Both the position numbers and the translations under genes were made by a program. A stretch of DNA of 63,771 bases, counting the filler, from Octopus bimaculoides (lineage: Eukaryota), in the NCBI RefSeq assembly GCF_001194135.2. It is 8 parts of 8 records of this genome, joined end to end, with 100 filler letters (N's around TTAATTAATTAA, not from the genome) between each part and the next. Parts side by side here need not be neighbours in the genome. Positions count along the whole stretch, not along the records: positions 1 to 24,544 come from NC_068985.1; 7 more parts are not named here. The stretch is one strand, 5' to 3'. This document shows, piece by piece, positions 1-10,642 of this stretch (position 1 is its first letter; each line of letters begins with the position of its first letter). A model generated the notes under the pieces. The model had not been told where the DNA came from, searched no databases, and saw only the letters and a list, made by a program, of their open reading frames with translations.

Positions 1-12
1 ATTTCATCTCAG

Positions 13-363
13 TGGAGGCGCAATGGCCCAGTGGTTAGAGCAGCAGACTCGCGGTCATAGGATCGCTGTTTCGATTCCCAGGCCGGGCGTTGTGAGTGTT
101 TATTGAGCGAAAACGCATAAAGCTCCACGAGGCTCCGGCAGGGGATGGTGGCGAACCCTGCTGTACTCTTCCACCACAACTTTCTCTCACTGTTCCTGTT
201 TCTGTTGTGCCTGTAATTCAAAGGGTCAGCCTTGTCACGCTGAATATCCCCGAGAACTACGTTAAGGGTACACGTGTCTGTGGAGTGCTCAGCCACTTGC
301 ACGTTAATTTCACGAGCAGGCTGTTCCGTTGATCGGATCAACTGGAACCCTCGACGTCGTAAG
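13..363 (+). mobile_element. tRNA-derived SINE, family A (tRNA head plus ~230-bp conserved body ending gatcggatcaactggaaccctcgacgtcgtaa)
   Basis: A-box-like tggcccagtggttagagc and B-box-like gtttcgattccc. The body is near-identical to the inverted copy at 28251-28476. I cannot assign the central domain to a named superfamily from memory. Confidence 0.85.
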
Positions 364-444
364 ATACACTTGTATGAACAAACGAGTGGATCTGAGCATT
401 TTGTCCGGCGTGCTAACGATTCTACCAGCTTGCAGTCATCGTAT

Positions 445-878
445 TCATTCATCATTTAATGTCCACTTATCCATGCGGTTTAATGTCCATTTATCCATGC
501 TTACATGAGCCAGACAGAATTTTAAGGTTGATTCTCTACAGTCAGATGCCCTTCCTGTCTTCAACCTCACCTGTTTCCAAGCAAAGTAGTATCTCCTCAT
601 GACCAGGCACATGTTCACAGAAGATTGGATGGAGAACACCACATGCATGACAGTGACGCTCGTTTACAGCTATCAAGATGTCAAGACAAGGAAACAATAA
701 TACACACACACACACTCAAAAGGCTTCCCTCAGTTTCCATCTTACCAAATCCACTCAGAAGGTTTCGGTCAGCCTGTGACTATAGCAGAAGATATTTGCC
801 CGAGGTGTCATGCAACGCAACTAAAACTGAAACCATGTGGTTGGGAAGCAAACTCTTACTACATAGCTACGGTTGCAC
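445..878 (-). mobile_element. CORE-type SINE (family C) with RTE-like 3' tail
   Basis: Minus strand: degenerate tRNA head, then a CORE-like segment (plus strand cttaccaaatccactcagaagg...tagcagaagatatttgcccgagg), a (CA)n linker and a tail homologous to 3812-4035. A 24-bp tandem duplication sits at the 3' end (455-502). Confidence 0.7.
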
Positions 879-907
879 TTAATAATAATAATAATAGTAA
901 TAATAAT

Positions 908-1087
908 CCTTTCTATTATAGACACAAAGACGAAAATTTGAGGGTGGAGGACAGTTGATTACATCGATAAAAAAGTACCAGTACTCAACTGGTACTTATT
1001 TTATCGACCCCCGAAAGGATGAAAGGCAGAGTCGACTTCGGTGAATTTGAACTCAGAACGTGCTAACGATTCTGCTAGCTCACCGCC
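908..1087 (-). mobile_element. SINE family B (Meta-domain-like), internally deleted
   Basis: Reverse complement of the family-B core gtcgactttgcctttcatcctttcggggtcgataaaataagtaccag. The head ggcggtgagctagcagaatcgttagcac is joined directly to gttctgagttcaaatt. Confidence 0.8.
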
Positions 1088-1151
<64 letters not shown>

Positions 1152-1155
<4 letters not shown>

Positions 1156-1687
1156 GTGGAAATCAAGGCTTACAAAGAGCAAAGACGTGGCATGAGCAAA
1201 CCTCAGAAGGAGTCACCGAAAATGAAAATTGCAAAATCCTGTGGGATACAAAGATTCAGTGCGATCGCCTGACCAGATATCAGAAACCAGACGTTGTTGT
1301 GGTGAAGAAAGAAAGAAAGAACATACATGATAATCAACATAGCATGTCTCGGTGACAAGATCAAAGAGAAAGAAGAAGAAACACTGAACAACTACGACGA
1401 TTTGAAGTGGGAAATACGAAGGTTGTGGTCAATGCGGAGAGTAGATGTGGTACCAATAGTAATTTGGCGCACTTGGAAGTGTCAACACTCAACTACCAAC
1501 ATGGCTCAAAAAGATTGTCACAAATGTAAAGGTAGAACACCTACAAAAATCAGCATTGGTTGCAAGTGCAAGAATTCTTCGCAGGGTTCTTGAAGCATGA
1601 CCAGTAAATAAATGTTACCTTAGTCTGCTGGCTGTGGAAAGCTGACACTTTCCATCATACCAAGCAAAATAAGCTGCGAGTTTTCAT
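1152..1687 (+). mobile_element. 5'-truncated R4/Dong-clade non-LTR retrotransposon 3' end (restriction-like endonuclease domain plus 3'UTR), frameshifted
   Basis: Pieced translation: ENENCKILWDTKIQCDRLTRYQKPDVVVVKKE / MIINIACLGDKIKEKEEETLNNYDDLKWEIRRLWSMRRVDVVPIVI / GALGSVNTQLPTWLKKIVTNVKVEHLQKSALVASARILRRVLEA* (stop 1598-1600). This is a PD..D/E.K RLE pattern. Flanked by (AAT)n at 1088-1151 and 1688-1713. Confidence 0.88.
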
Positions 1688-1713
1688 ATAATAATAATAA
1701 TAATAATAATAAT

Positions 1714-2197
1714 GTACATTGTTTTGTCTTGACATAAAAGATGGGATACAGCAAATATTCTGCTCAATACCACAGATTTGCTTGTCAGTTGTTTGACCTT
1801 AACCAGTTGAGCTTGTCCCTTAGTGGCTGACGATATGTGCATCTCTGATCACGAGTAGAAGTAGTGGGGGAACATCATAGTCATGTGTTGAAAGGAATTC
1901 TTTGGGGGTTTGGATAATTCACCTTTGAAAATATGGGTGTTTCGTTCAACATCCTTAAACAACCCTTATTCAGGGACCTTTTGAGCAGCATGGGATACTA
2001 GACCTGAAGAAAATTCTAACTGTGCCCCACCTGCAAGGTCATGCGTTGTTTATCTTGATATGAGATCACCATGTCGCGCACACATGGTTGTGATGCATAT
2101 GCCTTGTGTACCCTTATCAGACGAGTAGTCATGATGGGTATACTGGGCTTCGTATATTTTACCCCAGTGTCACTTTGATGGTATGCACTGCTCTCTC
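1714..2197 (+). mobile_element. Non-coding ~550-bp interspersed repeat, copy 1 (5'-truncated), embedded in (AAT)n
   Basis: Colinear homology to 62865-63410 over ~480 bp (shared blocks ttcgttcaacatccttaaacaacccttattca and ttgatatgagatcaccatgtc). (AAT)n on both sides. Confidence 0.85.
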
Positions 2198-2198
2198 G

Positions 2199-2236
<38 letters not shown>

Positions 2237-2279
2237 CATGAGGTTAAATTTAGTCAGATGCCCCACAATTTTGTGTGGA

Positions 2280-2400
2280 AGGGATTAGTCAATACTATCG
2301 GCTCCGGTACTTCATTAGTACTTTATTTTATTGGCCTCAAATCAACGAAGTGCAAATTCGAACTCAGAACAGAAAATTTCTGAACAAAATACTCCTGAAA
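2280..2400 (-). mobile_element. Degenerate SINE family B fragment
   Basis: gattagtcaatactatcgg...aaattcgaactcagaac resembles the reverse complement of the family-B core. Confidence 0.55.
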
Positions 2401-2843
2401 GTTAGCCATTTTAAGCCAGTCGGAATTTCCAGTCCTTTGATGTGCTTTTTGATACTCTTGCTTCTGGTTTTTCTCGAATCGAACTCCAATATCAAGGTTA
2501 GGTTTATGTCATTTACAATATTTTAAGATAAGGATTTCAGCTTAGTTTTTTTTCTTTCTTTTTCCCCTCCATTCGTTGTTTAGTGACGGCAGCAAGCTCC
2601 CACATGCGGGGGTGTCTCCGCTAGGCAAGTCTAGCTGGTCCTCGTGCAGAAACATTATATAACAAAATCCGTCTCCAATCTACACGGTATACTCATAAAC
2701 CGTAGTTTAATTACTGACTGATCTCTATTTACAGCATTTTTGGATTGGGTCACGTGAGAGATAAAAGCGTTTTCAGCATTTTTAAAAATATAAAACGTTG
2801 ATCATGTTCAGCAGTTAGACACCGTACAGACTCAGTGATCTCT

Positions 2844-2887
<44 letters not shown>

Positions 2888-3018
2888 NNNNNNNNNNNNN
2901 NNNNNNNNNNNNNNNNNNNNNNNNNNNNNNNNNNNNNNNNNNNNNNNNNNNNNNNNNNNNNNNNNNNNNNNNNNNNNNNNNNNNNNNATCTGTGCATGTG
3001 TTATTGTAAGTGTATATA

Positions 3019-3224
3019 TGAGGAGGTGCTGGCTTTCGTAAAAAGAAAATACAGAAGGATCAGTTAATTATGATTATATTCAACATATTCCCTTCTCAGA
3101 TTCACACACTTATTGCATCGGTCCTTCAGTTTTTCTAAGCCCTGTAAAAGAACTCGGAATGTTGGGCCTCCAACCAAGCCTTTCGCGATACCCTTAAAGC
3201 TAGGAACTTTTCAGCATCCCCTCG
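3019..3224 (-). mobile_element. mariner-derived MITE (internal deletion derivative)
   Basis: TA at 3017-3018 and 3225-3226. TIRs tgaggaggtgctggcttt / aaagctaggaacttttcagcatcccctcg. The minus strand encodes a mariner-type C-terminus FFYRGLEKLKDRCNKCVNLRREYVE*. Confidence 0.8.
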
Positions 3225-3456
3225 TACAATCACGCATATAACATTTATATAGATACACGTGAGAAAAGGTTTATATTGTACCCCACGATGTTTCACATCG
3301 TCTGCAGTAAATCGGTTGGGCAGTTCTCGAGTTTTAGTGAAGCACACACACACATTCTCAGTTTTGTATATATAGATATATCCTATCCGACTAAAGTAAA
3401 AAGAATCTTTAAAATACTTCCGTGCTCTTTTTCCACTTTTACTTTTTACCTCTATG

Positions 3457-3685
3457 CTTCTTCATTGCCCACAAGGGGCTAAACATAGAGGGGACAAACA
3501 AGGACAGACAAAGGGATTAAGTCGATTACATCGACCCCAGTGCATAACTGGTACTTAATTTATCGATCCCGAGAGGATGAAAGGCAAAGTCGACCTCGGC
3601 GGAATTTGAACTCAGAACGAAACGGCAGACGAAATACCGCTAAGCATTTCGCCCGGCGTACTAACGTTTCTGCCAGCTCGCCGCC
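3457..3685 (-). mobile_element. SINE family B, full length, tail type 1
   Basis: Near-identical reverse complement of the copies at 5721-5935 and 17519-17750. Confidence 0.92.
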
Positions 3686-3811
3686 ATACTTTTTACCTAT
3701 AACCTACGATTTGAATGGATTCTTAACCCCTTTTCACATATATATATATATATATATAGTAATGTTTGTTTCCACTTTGTGTAGCTGTTCCATGCAGAAC
3801 ATTGTCTTGAC

Positions 3812-4035
3812 ATCACGTGATAGTTGTATACGAGTATCACTGTCATTCAAAGAAGCAGTTTCCATTGTTACCAATCTTCCACCAAAAACATGTCTGGCCA
3901 CGGCAAAATATTACCTTTCTTAGAAACAAGGAAAGGTTGGGAGCAGGAAAGGTATCCAGCTGCGGAGAATCTGTCTCGACAAATTCATTCCGACCCATAC
4001 GGAAAGCGGTCGTTAAAATGATGATGATGATGATA
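3812..4035 (+). mobile_element. 3' half (RTE-like tail) of family C SINE ending in (ATG)n
   Basis: Homologous to the reverse complement of 445-700. Ends gtcgttaaa(atg)n, followed by (ATA)n. Confidence 0.65.
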
Positions 4036-4044
4036 ATAACAATG

Positions 4045-4080
<36 letters not shown>

Positions 4081-4119
4081 TATGCATGTGTGTATATCTT
4101 TTCCCCACCTTTTATTGGG

Positions 4120-4360
4120 GACAACGGCCATGCAGGGGCACCACCTTGATGGGTTTTATTCGAACAAATCGACCCCAGGATTAATCTTTTTTTTTTTTAA
4201 ATCCGGTAACTTATTAGTGCCCATTACTGAAGCGCTAAGTTATGTGTACGGAAACAAACCAGCACCGGTTCTTAAACAGTAGTTAGGAACACCCAAATGT
4301 ACACGACGAAATTCACTCACAAGGTACTGACCGGCCTAGAGCTATAGTAGAAGAAACTTA
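4120..4360 (-). mobile_element. Degenerate family C SINE fragment
   Basis: gaacaaatcgaccccagga...gcgctaagtta...cactcacaagg...gctatagtagaaga matches the family-C body. Confidence 0.6.
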
Positions 4361-4380
4361 TGTATGTATGCATGAATGAA

Positions 4381-4653
4381 TGTCACGTCACGTGATCACG
4401 TAACCGACCAGGATATCAATTGTTACATATCGCTGGTCACAATGCACTTTTGCATTGTTTTAGCCTTCAGATGATGCCCAACCCGCTGACGAGGCGAGCC
4501 GGCCAACATTCCCCCCTGATCGAAGGGGTACTGGAGCAATGTAAAATGCAGTGTTTTGCACAAGAACACAACGCGTCGCCCAGTCAGGGAATCGAACCCA
4601 CGATCTGGCGATCGTGAGTGCAACAGCCTAACCACCAGACCACGCATCTTCAC
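4381..4653 (-). mobile_element. CORE-type tRNA-SINE (distinct tail)
   Basis: Minus-strand head gtgaagatgcgtggtctggtggttagg...ggttcgattccc, followed by CORE-like gtgttcttgtgcaaaacact...gctccagt. Confidence 0.75.
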
Positions 4654-5598
4654 AGATTTGCTTTTCTGAGCTGTAAAAGGACAAATCAAGACTGGTCGTC
4701 GTTTGTCAAATAATCTACTAAATTAACATCTGTGACACCATTTATTGTACGAAGAAAAGTGTGGACTTCAAAGTTTCTTAAATACACGCTCTAAAAACAA
4801 ACAAAGAAGAACAAAAAAAAAAAAACTAGCAAAAAAAATGTTCTTCTTGCTTTTGACTACAGAAAAACACAAATCATTATCAGTGACATAATTTCAACGA
4901 TTATTGCATATCCTTTATGTAAAACTATAGATTTGTATAGAGAAGAATGTTAAGATAATGTGATACAGGAAATGAGATGATAAGGTTTGCTATAAATACT
5001 CAGCGACTGAAACACGGTCTTTTTCATTGGCAGCTGTAGCTGAATAAAACGTCTTCCACTTGGAAAGATATCTAAAAGCACACACTATCTGTACGGGTCT
5101 TCACATCGTGGATATAGTGTTATTATTGTATGACAAGATGGCGTGAAAAATTGAATTTCTTTAGAAAATGTTCACTGAATATTTTGATATAAAGACTATA
5201 AAGACATGAATGGAACTGGCTTATTGACCCCAAAAAATTGTTTTGTCGATGAAAGAAACCACGGCTTAATGGATATTTGATAAATAAATAAACAAACAAA
5301 TAAATAGATAATATAATTAATATAAGTTTTAAGGTAGCAAGCTAGCAAACAGATGTCTTTTATCTAGACCTGCAATTCTTAACCTGAAGAAAATATGGGA
5401 AGTCCAGTGGAGAAACTATCATTACACGCAATGTTTTCGTAAGATTTATTTTCCTTAATGTTGGCTTTTGAAGTAATATTGGGACGTCGATGTTAATAAT
5501 ACAGTGAGGTAAAAGTTTAATGTTGGAACGTTAATGTTGGATTTAGATAAAGGATGTTAATGTTACATTAATATAGAAGTTAGAAGACAATTAATATA

Positions 5599-5956
5599 GA
5601 CGCTTCTCAACCACATTGTTCCAGGCTCAATCCCACTGTGTGGCGAGCGTTTTTTTCTAGAGCCTCGGGCTGACCAAAGCCTTGTGTGTGGATTTGGTTA
5701 ACGGAAACTGAAAGAAGAAAGGCGGCGAGCTGGCAGAAACGTTAGCACGCCGGGCGAAATGCTTAGTGGTAGTTCGTCTGCCGTTACGTTCTGAGTTCAA
5801 ATTCCGCTTTCATCCTTTCGGGGTCGATAAATTAAGTACCAGTTACGCACTGGGGTCGATCTAATCGACTTAATCCCTTTGTCTGTCCTTGTTCGCCCCC
5901 TCTATGTTTAGCCCCTTGCAGGCAATAAAGAAATAGGAAACTGAAAGAAGCCCGTC

Positions 5957-5989
<33 letters not shown>

Positions 5990-6170
5990 CGTGTCGCTCC
6001 ATCACCGCTTGACAACTGGTGTTGGTGTGTTTACGTCTCCGTAACTTAGCGGTTCGGCAAAGGGGCCGATACAATAAGAGCTAGGGATCTTGGGATCGAT
6101 TTGTTCAACTAAAACCCTTCAAGACGGTGCTCCAGCATGGCTGCAGTCAAATTACAAACAAATAAAAGAA
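5599..6170 (+). mobile_element. Family C (CORE-type) SINE interrupted by a family B SINE
   Basis: The host body is continuous across 5703-5717 / 5936-5950, with tail ggtgctccagcatggctgcagtcaaat...aaataaaagaa. Confidence 0.85.
5718..5935 (+). mobile_element. SINE family B nested insertion with 15-bp TSD
   Basis: Direct repeat ggaaactgaaagaag at 5703-5717 and 5936-5950. A 16-nt internal deletion removes cgaggtcgactttgcc. Confidence 0.93.
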
Positions 6171-6179
6171 CAGAATATA

Positions 6180-6552
6180 GGTGCAGGCAATGGTTGCGTC
6201 GTTAAGAAGCTCGCTTTGCAAACACATGATTTTAAGTTCAGTCTCACTGCGCGGTACATTGGGCAAGTGTCTTCTACTATAGCCTCGGGTTGACCAATGC
6301 TTTGTGAGTAGATTTGGTAGACAGAAACTGCGTGGAAGCACCATATATATATGTGTGTGTGTGTCCGCTTCCCCATCGTTTGACAACCAGTGTCGGTTTG
6401 TTTACGTCTCTGTTATGAAGCGGTTCGGTAAAAAAACAATCGATAGAATAAGAATCAGGCTTATAGGAAAAAAGTAAGTCAATTTGTTCTGCTAAACGTT
6501 TCAAGGCAGTGCCTTAGCCTGGTCGCAGTCCAATGATTGAAACAAGTAAAAA
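6180..6552 (+). mobile_element. Family C (CORE-type) SINE, near full length
   Basis: Degenerate tRNA head, ttgggcaagtgtcttctactatagcctcggg core, (GT)n linker and tail ending tgattgaaacaagtaaaa. Confidence 0.82.
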
Positions 6553-7116
6553 AATATAATAAAATAATAACAACAACAATAATAATATATAAATAAATAA
6601 TAAAAGGATGAAGTTAAATATTGATATAGGGAAGTTAATGCTAAATTAAGATTAGGGACGTTAATGTTAAATATAGAGATGTTAATGTTATGCAACAAAT
6701 CTCGTATACAAGACTGTAAGCGGAGGAGGACAGAATATTGAGTTGGTAAGAGGTAGAGAGTAAATACAGGCTAAATGACACTGATCTAAATAATTGAATA
6801 CCGAGAAAATAAGGACAGCCGGCTTCTTAACCACACTTAACTACGCAGTCATGTGGAACAACAGTTATTAGCTTCAAAGGAAAATCTTGTGGAAAAATTA
6901 GCTACACACGAAAGACGACTGGAGATGGGAATTTTAGCGGGAACACAGTTTTTTATTACATAATTCGATTAATATCTTGGAAGACGTTACAGGGCTATCT
7001 TTACTTTGAAAGTAACGTATTTGGTGGCATAAATGACGCACAGGCATTCTAAAACGAACCCCAAGTTCAGCAGCGCATATTCAGGGGAGAGGGGAATAGT
7101 TTTTAATGCATTAAAA

Positions 7117-7240
7117 CAGGGATCCTAAACCACCAGGCCGCGGGTTAGTATCGAGCCGTGGATCATTTGGTACTGGGCCGCACAGAAAGAATACATTTTG
7201 AAATTTTATTTCTATTTTATAAACTATCGTAGTCTGCGTC
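7117..7240 (+). mobile_element. hAT (Charlie-like) transposon terminal fragment
   Basis: cagggatcctaaaccaccaggccgcggg...gtggatcatttggtactgggccgcacag resembles CAGGGGTCCCCAAC-type hAT ends. Confidence 0.55.
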
Positions 7241-7275
7241 TTTTTTTTTTTGGGGGGGGGGCATTATATATGCAT

Positions 7276-7431
7276 GGGTGTCACTTCAACGTGCAGTCTA
7301 CCTGACCATTTACACTTGAGCAGGTAGTCAAGCCTAAACCCAACCCTAAGCCCTAACCCTAACCTTAGCCCAGATCAGGTTTATTTCACAGCGTAGGAAT
7401 ACAGCGGTAGGCTGCACACTAAAATAGCCCC
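7276..7431. mobile_element. Small TIR element with internal telomere-like (CCCTAA) repeats
   Basis: Imperfect inverted repeats gggtgtcacttcaacgtgcagtctacc (7276-7302) and ggtaggctgcacactaaaatagcccc (7406-7431). Internal cctaaacccaaccctaagccctaaccctaacc. No clear TSD. Confidence 0.5.
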
Positions 7432-7458
7432 GATGTACGTGCTATATATGTAATAGTT

Positions 7459-7663
7459 AAGCTTGCAGAATCGTTAGCACGGCGGGTAAAATGTTTTACG
7501 CCATTTCGCCCGTCTTTACGTTCTGAGTTCAACTCCCACTGAGGTCGACTTTGCCTTTCATCCTTTCGGGGTCGATAAAATAAGTACCAGGTGAGCACTG
7601 GGGTCGATGTAATCGATTTAACACCTCTCCGAACTTGCTGGCTTTGTGCCAGAAAGTGAAACC
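7459..7663 (+). mobile_element. SINE family B, tail type 3
   Basis: Family-B core followed by ctccgaacttgctggctttgtgccagaaagtgaaacc. Confidence 0.85.
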
Positions 7664-8123
7664 AACAATTAAATTATATACTTTGTATTTTGTTATGAGC
7701 ATGATCCCCGGTCCTTGAAAATGTCTCATATGAAATCGGTCTGTAAATACGGTTGTGGACCGCTGAATTAAAGTAGGTAAATATTTAAAAAGCAATCTAG
7801 TAATACATTGCAAAACATTATAGAAGTACCTCAGGTATAGCAGAAAGCATTACTGGTTAGGTAGCAGAGACTATCTGGATTGAAATTAGCATCAGGGACA
7901 AAATTGGCTTCTGGGAGGGCCCGGGACGATTTTTTAAAGGTATTTTTCAGTGGGAAAAAGTGCTTCTAATATGCTATTAAATATGTTATATATATCGGCA
8001 GGTTTGAAACCAAAATAATCCGGGAGAATACAAAAGTGAATTTGGATACTCTGAGTAAAAGAAATGAATATGTAAATGCTTAAGTCATTTATTAGATGTC
8101 ATTATTATAGAGATGATGACTAA

Positions 8124-8340
8124 GGTAAGCGTGCTGGCAGAATCGTTAGCACGCCGGGCAAAATGCTTAGCGGCATTTCGTCCGTCTTTATGTTCTGAAT
8201 TCAAGTTCCGCAGAGGTCGACTTTGCTTTTCATCCTTTCGTGGTCGATGAAATAAGTAGCAGTCGGGCACTGGGGTCGAAGTAATCGACTAGACCCCTCT
8301 CCAAAAATTTCGGACCTTTGTATCGAAATACGAAACCATT
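8124..8340 (+). mobile_element. SINE family B, tail type 2
   Basis: Family-B head and core followed by cccctctccaaaaatttcggacctttgt. Confidence 0.85.
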
Positions 8341-8779
8341 ATTACAGAGTTGACTTTGGTGCTATTCGAACGCAGAATGTAACGAACAGGAACAAATAAA
8401 GCAAGTTATTGTTTCTGCTGCTGTGACGTTTCAGACGTTCTCCTCCCGCCCCCACCCAGCTGCCCCATGATGGCAATAAATTACTGAAACCATAAATAAT
8501 AATCGATTGAAAATAAATACATCAAGCTGTCACAGGTTTGACAAACGAGAATGTTAAAGGATTTGATTGAAAGGTAATTAAAATACGTCTGTGTGTGCAG
8601 ATGTGTGAGGGGTGTGTGTGTGTGTGTAGATATAAACATGGATAATAGACATGTATATATAAATGTATGTATGTTTATATATAGATATATAATTATAAAT
8701 GCGTGTGTATACACATAGGTATATAAATATATCGTCATCATCATATATGTATCTGTGTGTGTGTGGGTGGGTATAACAG

Positions 8780-9140
8780 TAGATGATTCTCCGTCGGTTT
8801 CGACGATGAGTATCCTAGTTGTTCTATCAACTGAAGTACCGACTCGTTAGCGTCTAACTGTCTGAATATTCCATAGACACTTGTATGTTTAACGTAATTC
8901 TCACACAGAATCAGTGTGGCACAGATTCTTGACCAAGCTTAACTTTAGAATTAGGGCTACAGTCCGTCCTATGAGGTTCTTCCCTCTGCCATCTAGCCCA
9001 ATTTCACTCACCAGATTTAGGTCAACCCAAGGCTACATAGGTCGAAAGAAAAGTCTCTTGCTCAGAATGTCACACAGTGAGATCGAATACGGGATTGCAA
9101 GACTTTGAAGTAAACTCCTTAACCACTCTGCTATGCCTAC
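8780..9140 (-). mobile_element. Old chimeric SINE: tRNA head, CORE-like segment, then family-A body
   Basis: 9000-9140 resembles the family-C head and core. 8790-8940 aligns by eye with the family-A body (cgacgatgag...tatcaactga...gaatattccatagacacttgtatgtttaacgtaattctc). Confidence 0.55.
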
Positions 9141-9380
9141 ATCTTCTTACACTAACACGTGCGCATACACTTGCACATACATATATAAATTTGCACCCTC
9201 TCCCACATATATATAAGTAAAGCCAATCGCATCATCAAAGTGCTGTTCCATGTTACTTCTAATTTAACCCCAGGTAGACCTTCCGCCAGCTGATTATCGG
9301 TGTGACGCTGCACCATATACAATATATATTTCTAGCAGGAGGAGCAAACCTCTACCATCATGTAGCAGGCAACAGGATTG

Positions 9381-9938
9381 GGATCTATTTTAAAACGGGG
9401 GCCACATTTTTCATTAATGTTTTACGTAGTGTTTTTGGTACCGAAAGACTTTCAAACTTCGTATACTTATCTATTTTGTGTTATAGAACAGAAAAATTTA
9501 TTTCATGTAAAAAATTGTCTTATTTCGATAATTTCAACCAATCACTGACAAGTATTCAGTTGTTTATATTTACTCCTTTGGCTGATTAAGCCGTAGCTTC
9601 GTTTTATTTGCTTTTTTCATTTTAAATTTGCTTTTTTCATTTTCTTTTTTTCTTCTTCGTTTTATTTGCTGTTTTACCCTAACCCTATCACCGATAGAAT
9701 TGTTTCAGAATCGTTTGTTTATGTAGTCGGCACTTAATGTATATCGGCTGAATGGACGTCAGTGATTGGTTGAAATTACAGAAATACGACAACTTTAACA
9801 TGGAATAAATTAGGGATTTCTTTTTCTTTTTAAAGAAGACTAAGAGAAAAAGATGTTTTATATGACACATTCTACCAGTGTTCCAAGTTTCAAAGTGTTT
9901 CGTTAATGAAAAATGTGGCCCCCGTTTTAAAAAAATCC
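9381..9938. mobile_element. MITE family X copy 1 (GG-initial TIRs, 8-bp TSD; Merlin-like)
   Basis: TSD caggattg at 9373-9380 and 9939-9946. ~38-bp TIRs ggatctattttaaaacgggggccacatttttcattaa, and longer imperfect inverted subterminal blocks. Confidence 0.9.
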
Positions 9939-10642
9939 CAGGATTGCGAGACTGACTCAATTTCGAGCTGGTTGGCTCATCCTCAGTCGTAAGCACCCGG
10001 TCGCCAAAGCGATAGCCAGGGGCCGCACCAGCTAGCAATATATTGTAAACAAAGCGACAATCGATCACTGATTTACAAGCAAAAAAGCTAGTTGTAAAAT
10101 CTCAAGAAGAGAGCAAAGTAGTAACTATACTAACAATTAAAGTCAATCGCCACATCAAAGTCGCTGTTCCATGTTACTACTAGTTTAACCCCAGGCAGAT
10201 CTTCTGCCAACTGGTTATCGGTGCGGCGCTGCATCCTGTATATAAAATATATATGCCTAGCAGGAGATACATACATGGTACCGTGCAGCGGCATACCTAT
10301 ACAAATACTTATCAGATTATGTAGAATACGATTATATCGAATTTTAATGTAAGAAATAAAATTGTCGAGCCTGTACACACGGACACACTGACACACATCA
10401 CAATTTGTTTTTAGAAATTTCAAGTTTTATTTTGTAGATACATATGATATGTGCCAATATGTATGTATGCGAGCCCACCATTTTTTTTTTTTTACCAGAT
10501 CCGGGTATAATCGTAATCTACACCATCTGATTTAAACCTGTGAGCTATGACCATGGAAACAACATGAAACGGAACGCAGGGATCTTAGGAATTTGTCATA
10601 CTGTTTCCTTAAGTTCGGGATTCAATAATTATCTTTTTTCGA

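Noticed and set aside
13-90. tRNA genes at SINE heads (also 4575-4653, 23400-23478, 52748 and others)
   Set aside because: No complete cloverleaf or terminator, and each continues into a multicopy SINE body.
9-455. 148-aa ORF and related ORFs at 96, 274, 3540, 17448 and 28066
   Set aside because: They are incidental frames across SINE sequence and recur wherever the SINE recurs.
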